From an uncultured Porphyromonadaceae bacterium (GTDB lineage: Bacteria > Bacteroidota > Bacteroidia > Bacteroidales > Barnesiellaceae_A): 64,000 nt of DNA. The DNA lies in NCBI GenBank assembly GCA_937891845.1, contig CALATP010000026.1, positions 26,429 to 90,428 on the forward strand, written 5' to 3'. Under the pieces are notes generated by a model. The model made no database searches, had not been told where the DNA came from, and saw only the letters and a list, made by a program, of their open reading frames with translations. Made by a program: the position numbers and the translations under genes. Numbering within the stretch: the first letter of the stretch is position 1; each line of letters opens with the position of its first letter. Shown here piece after piece: positions 61,678 to 64,000 of this stretch.

Positions 61678-63910
61678 AGATAGAGATTACGAAGAGAATA
61701 ATCTGTTGGAATATTTGCCTCGACATATGTGGGGAGGAGATGTAAAAAAGGTTATTGAAGAAAATGACCTGTATAGAGGCAATCCCAATGCTCTTACGAC
61801 TTTGGAATATCGTAGTCCGATATATAGACCCGAAGAGCGTACGATGCCGAGTTATGTGATGAGATTTTTGTTGGAAAAGTCACAGAGGACAGCAACGGAT
61901 TTTGGTGCAAATTTGATGAGAAGATTGATGCAATATCAAAATTCGACATCGCATTTGCAAGAAGATGAGTCGTATTTAGAACCTTTGAGTCACTCGTTGA
62001 GATTTCCTCATCGACGAGACGATATGCCACCGATGGCAATGCCCGAGACGGGAACTGTGAGTGTGGGTGCGCCGGGTAATGATGGCAAACCGGTGAGCAG
62101 TGCGACTCCATCGAGTGCCGGGGGTGTAGAATCGGGTGCCACAGAAACTTCTCCTACGTACAATCATAAAACAACAGATGGCGAAGAGAATGTCGTGAAA
62201 CGATTTGATGAAGGTGTGCAGACCGCCTTCAATCAGATAGAGTTGTCGTGGGACTATCTGATGAAGAATGTAGAGAAGTTTTTTACCAAAGATCCGGCGA
62301 AACGGCAAAGTCTGGACTACAAATTGTACGAGATAGGGCAAAAGTATGCCGCCATACCCAAGACACTGGGAGCAGCGACAGTGGGAAACATAGGTACTAA
62401 TATAGTGGCAGGAGCATTGCCCGTAGCTATAGCCGGAGTGGTGGGAGGTACGTCGGGAGCTGCCGTTGCCGGAGGTGCAATGGCTGTTACCGATATAGCC
62501 AATACTATAGCAAGTGCCAATTTGGAAATGGATGGTTATGAGAGCGCAACGGGTGAGAAGTTGTCGGGTGCTACACGTTCGGCGTATGTTATATCGTCGG
62601 TTGCGTCGGGACTGATTATGGATGCAATTATGGTATTACCTTTTATGAAAAAACTCACTCCGTCCTTGCGTAAAGACGTGAACAAGCAGTTGCAACAAGC
62701 CATTTTCAATAATCCTGTTTCACAGCGGGAGTTTAATGTGATGACCCAGCAAGTGTTGCGCAATGAGTTGCCCTATTGGAATAAGGTACTGATGGGAAAT
62801 GCATTGGAGTCGGGTGTAGGCGGAGGCTTGTCGGCCGGATTGCAAGAGGCGAGTCGCAGTATCTATACACGTGAGGCACCTGAATTGTCGCAAATAGTCA
62901 CTTCAACATTGACCGGAGTGGCAGTGGGTGCAACGCAAGGTACGTTGGGTACGGCAGTGAAACGATATAATTTGTCGCAAGAGCGCGCCGGTAGTGACGA
63001 AACCTTCTATGTGAGCAACCAATTCCGAAAGTCGAGTACAGGGCAGGAGATAGCCGAGTTGCGACCTACTGCGATAGAGCAGTCGGACAGCGGAGAGACT
63101 TATGTAAAGGGTCATATTGTCAATCCCGGCGGTGATATTGAAGCCGAGCAGGTATTTCCGATAGAGAATGTTTCGGTGGGGTCGTATCGAGGTGCGCAAG
63201 AGTCGGGTGCTACTAATGTGACTTGGAAAGACTTGTATAAGATACCGGATGAGCGCATAAAGATGTATAATGACAAGTGGAATGAAGCTCGTATCAAGTA
63301 TGATGATGAAGCCAGACGTGAGGAGGCCTATGCCGCGCAGAGTGATATTGTGCAGGGTATAGCGCAAGAGATGGGTATTCCTGTGACTGTGTATGCCAAA
63401 CTGGAAGACTTGCCAAAGGAATTGCAGAATAATCCGGAGGTGATAAATTCGTATGCAGTGACTGTGGAAGATGATGAAATCTTGTTGGTATTAGATCAAT
63501 GTCAGGGCTTGACCGCCGACAATATAGCAGCCGTTCTTCGTCACGAGGCAATAGGTCACTATGGTTTGCCCAAATTGTATGCCGACAATGCCGATTATAA
63601 TAAAGTAATCTATGACTTGGGAAAGAAGATTCTCAAATCGAAGAAACCTACTATGGTGTTTGATGATAATAATGCGGCCAGACGCCAGCATATTATGGAG
63701 GTGGTGGAGGAGTATATATCGCGTAATGCCGAGCCGCGACCGTATAATGCGGCCCACTTGCAACACAATCCATATGACTTGGTATATGATATGTTGGTGC
63801 GCAGTGACAAGAACTTGTTGAATATGACTATGAATGAGAAGCGTAAGAGAGCCAGGATGGCCGGTAAGCCAATGCCTCGTCTTTTGGGTAACAGTCCGTA
63901 TTTTGATTGA
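61655..63910 (+). CDS. large phage-associated protein (internal/minor-head or polyvalent-type; function unknown)
   Basis: 751 aa. Gly/Ala-rich hydrophobic tract (GAATVGNIGTNIVAGALPVAIAGVVGGTSGAAVAGGAMAV), HEAIGH segment, charged C-terminus. Confidence 0.5.
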   Translation: MEMKQNIEDRDYEENNLLEYLPRHMWGGDVKKVIEENDLYRGNPNALTTLEYRSPIYRPEERTMPSYVMRFLLEKSQRTATDFGANLMRRLMQYQNSTSHLQEDESYLEPLSHSLRFPHRRDDMPPMAMPETGTVSVGAPGNDGKPVSSATPSSAGGVESGATETSPTYNHKTTDGEENVVKRFDEGVQTAFNQIELSWDYLMKNVEKFFTKDPAKRQSLDYKLYEIGQKYAAIPKTLGAATVGNIGTNIVAGALPVAIAGVVGGTSGAAVAGGAMAVTDIANTIASANLEMDGYESATGEKLSGATRSAYVISSVASGLIMDAIMVLPFMKKLTPSLRKDVNKQLQQAIFNNPVSQREFNVMTQQVLRNELPYWNKVLMGNALESGVGGGLSAGLQEASRSIYTREAPELSQIVTSTLTGVAVGATQGTLGTAVKRYNLSQERAGSDETFYVSNQFRKSSTGQEIAELRPTAIEQSDSGETYVKGHIVNPGGDIEAEQVFPIENVSVGSYRGAQESGATNVTWKDLYKIPDERIKMYNDKWNEARIKYDDEARREEAYAAQSDIVQGIAQEMGIPVTVYAKLEDLPKELQNNPEVINSYAVTVEDDEILLVLDQCQGLTADNIAAVLRHEAIGHYGLPKLYADNADYNKVIYDLGKKILKSKKPTMVFDDNNAARRQHIMEVVEEYISRNAEPRPYNAAHLQHNPYDLVYDMLVRSDKNLLNMTMNEKRKRARMAGKPMPRLLGNSPYFD

Positions 63911-64000
63911 CCGTCGGGTTGTACAGCTGTGTGACTGACGGTAGATAGTTCGTAACAGGAGGGCGGGGCAGAGTAGTGCTTTATATTTTACTTATTATGC

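Noticed and set aside
1-64000. Search for CRISPR arrays, IS elements, integrases, invertible promoters or long direct/inverted repeats
   Set aside because: I noticed no regularly spaced repeats, no transposase or recombinase-like ORFs, and no long inverted repeats flanking promoters. This by-eye scan cannot exclude short or degenerate repeats.

Overview
This window looks like a chromosomal segment from a Bacteroidota, probably Bacteroidales. Supporting signs are TAnnTTTG-type -7 promoter boxes, a PorX-type PglZ response regulator, a DUF3822-rsmD pair, and TolC-adaptor-RND gene order. From left to right it contains: (1) The 3' part of a low-GC capsule/O-antigen locus (1-16.3 kb). It holds an arginase-fold enzyme, a Wzy-like polymerase, glycosyltransferases, the fnlABC-type UDP-L-FucNAc pathway, a PglC-like initiating transferase, and an embedded FabD/ACP/KAS-III/SDR/MBL acyl cassette flanked by a PglD-like acyltransferase and a DegT aminotransferase. 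(2) Core genes: an ECF sigma module, rsmD, a RecD-like helicase, and an Omp85 protein. (3) An isolated phage portal-like gene (23.1-25.0 kb) with its own promoter, structured leader, and terminators. (4) Further core genes: a DUF1460 amidase-like protein, aldehyde dehydrogenase, UvrD-type helicase, nspC, and a tripartite RND efflux pump. (5) A nucleotide-sugar block (rfbACDB, manC, gmd, fcl) followed by a UbiA/HAD/MraY-like triad. (6) A GH25 lysozyme, tsaE, PorX-like and PorW/SprE-like genes, a metal ABC permease, aroA, and a short SSB. (7) From 58.45 kb to the window end, a phage-like module with a large terminase and divergently transcribed structural-type genes, including a 751-aa protein. 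I found no tRNA, rRNA, CRISPR array, integrase or transposase. The most interesting feature is that portal-like and terminase-like genes sit about 33 kb apart, separated by housekeeping genes. This could reflect a dispersed, domesticated (GTA-like) particle system or two separate phage remnants. All functional calls rest on motifs read by eye from the translations, and no database search was possible.
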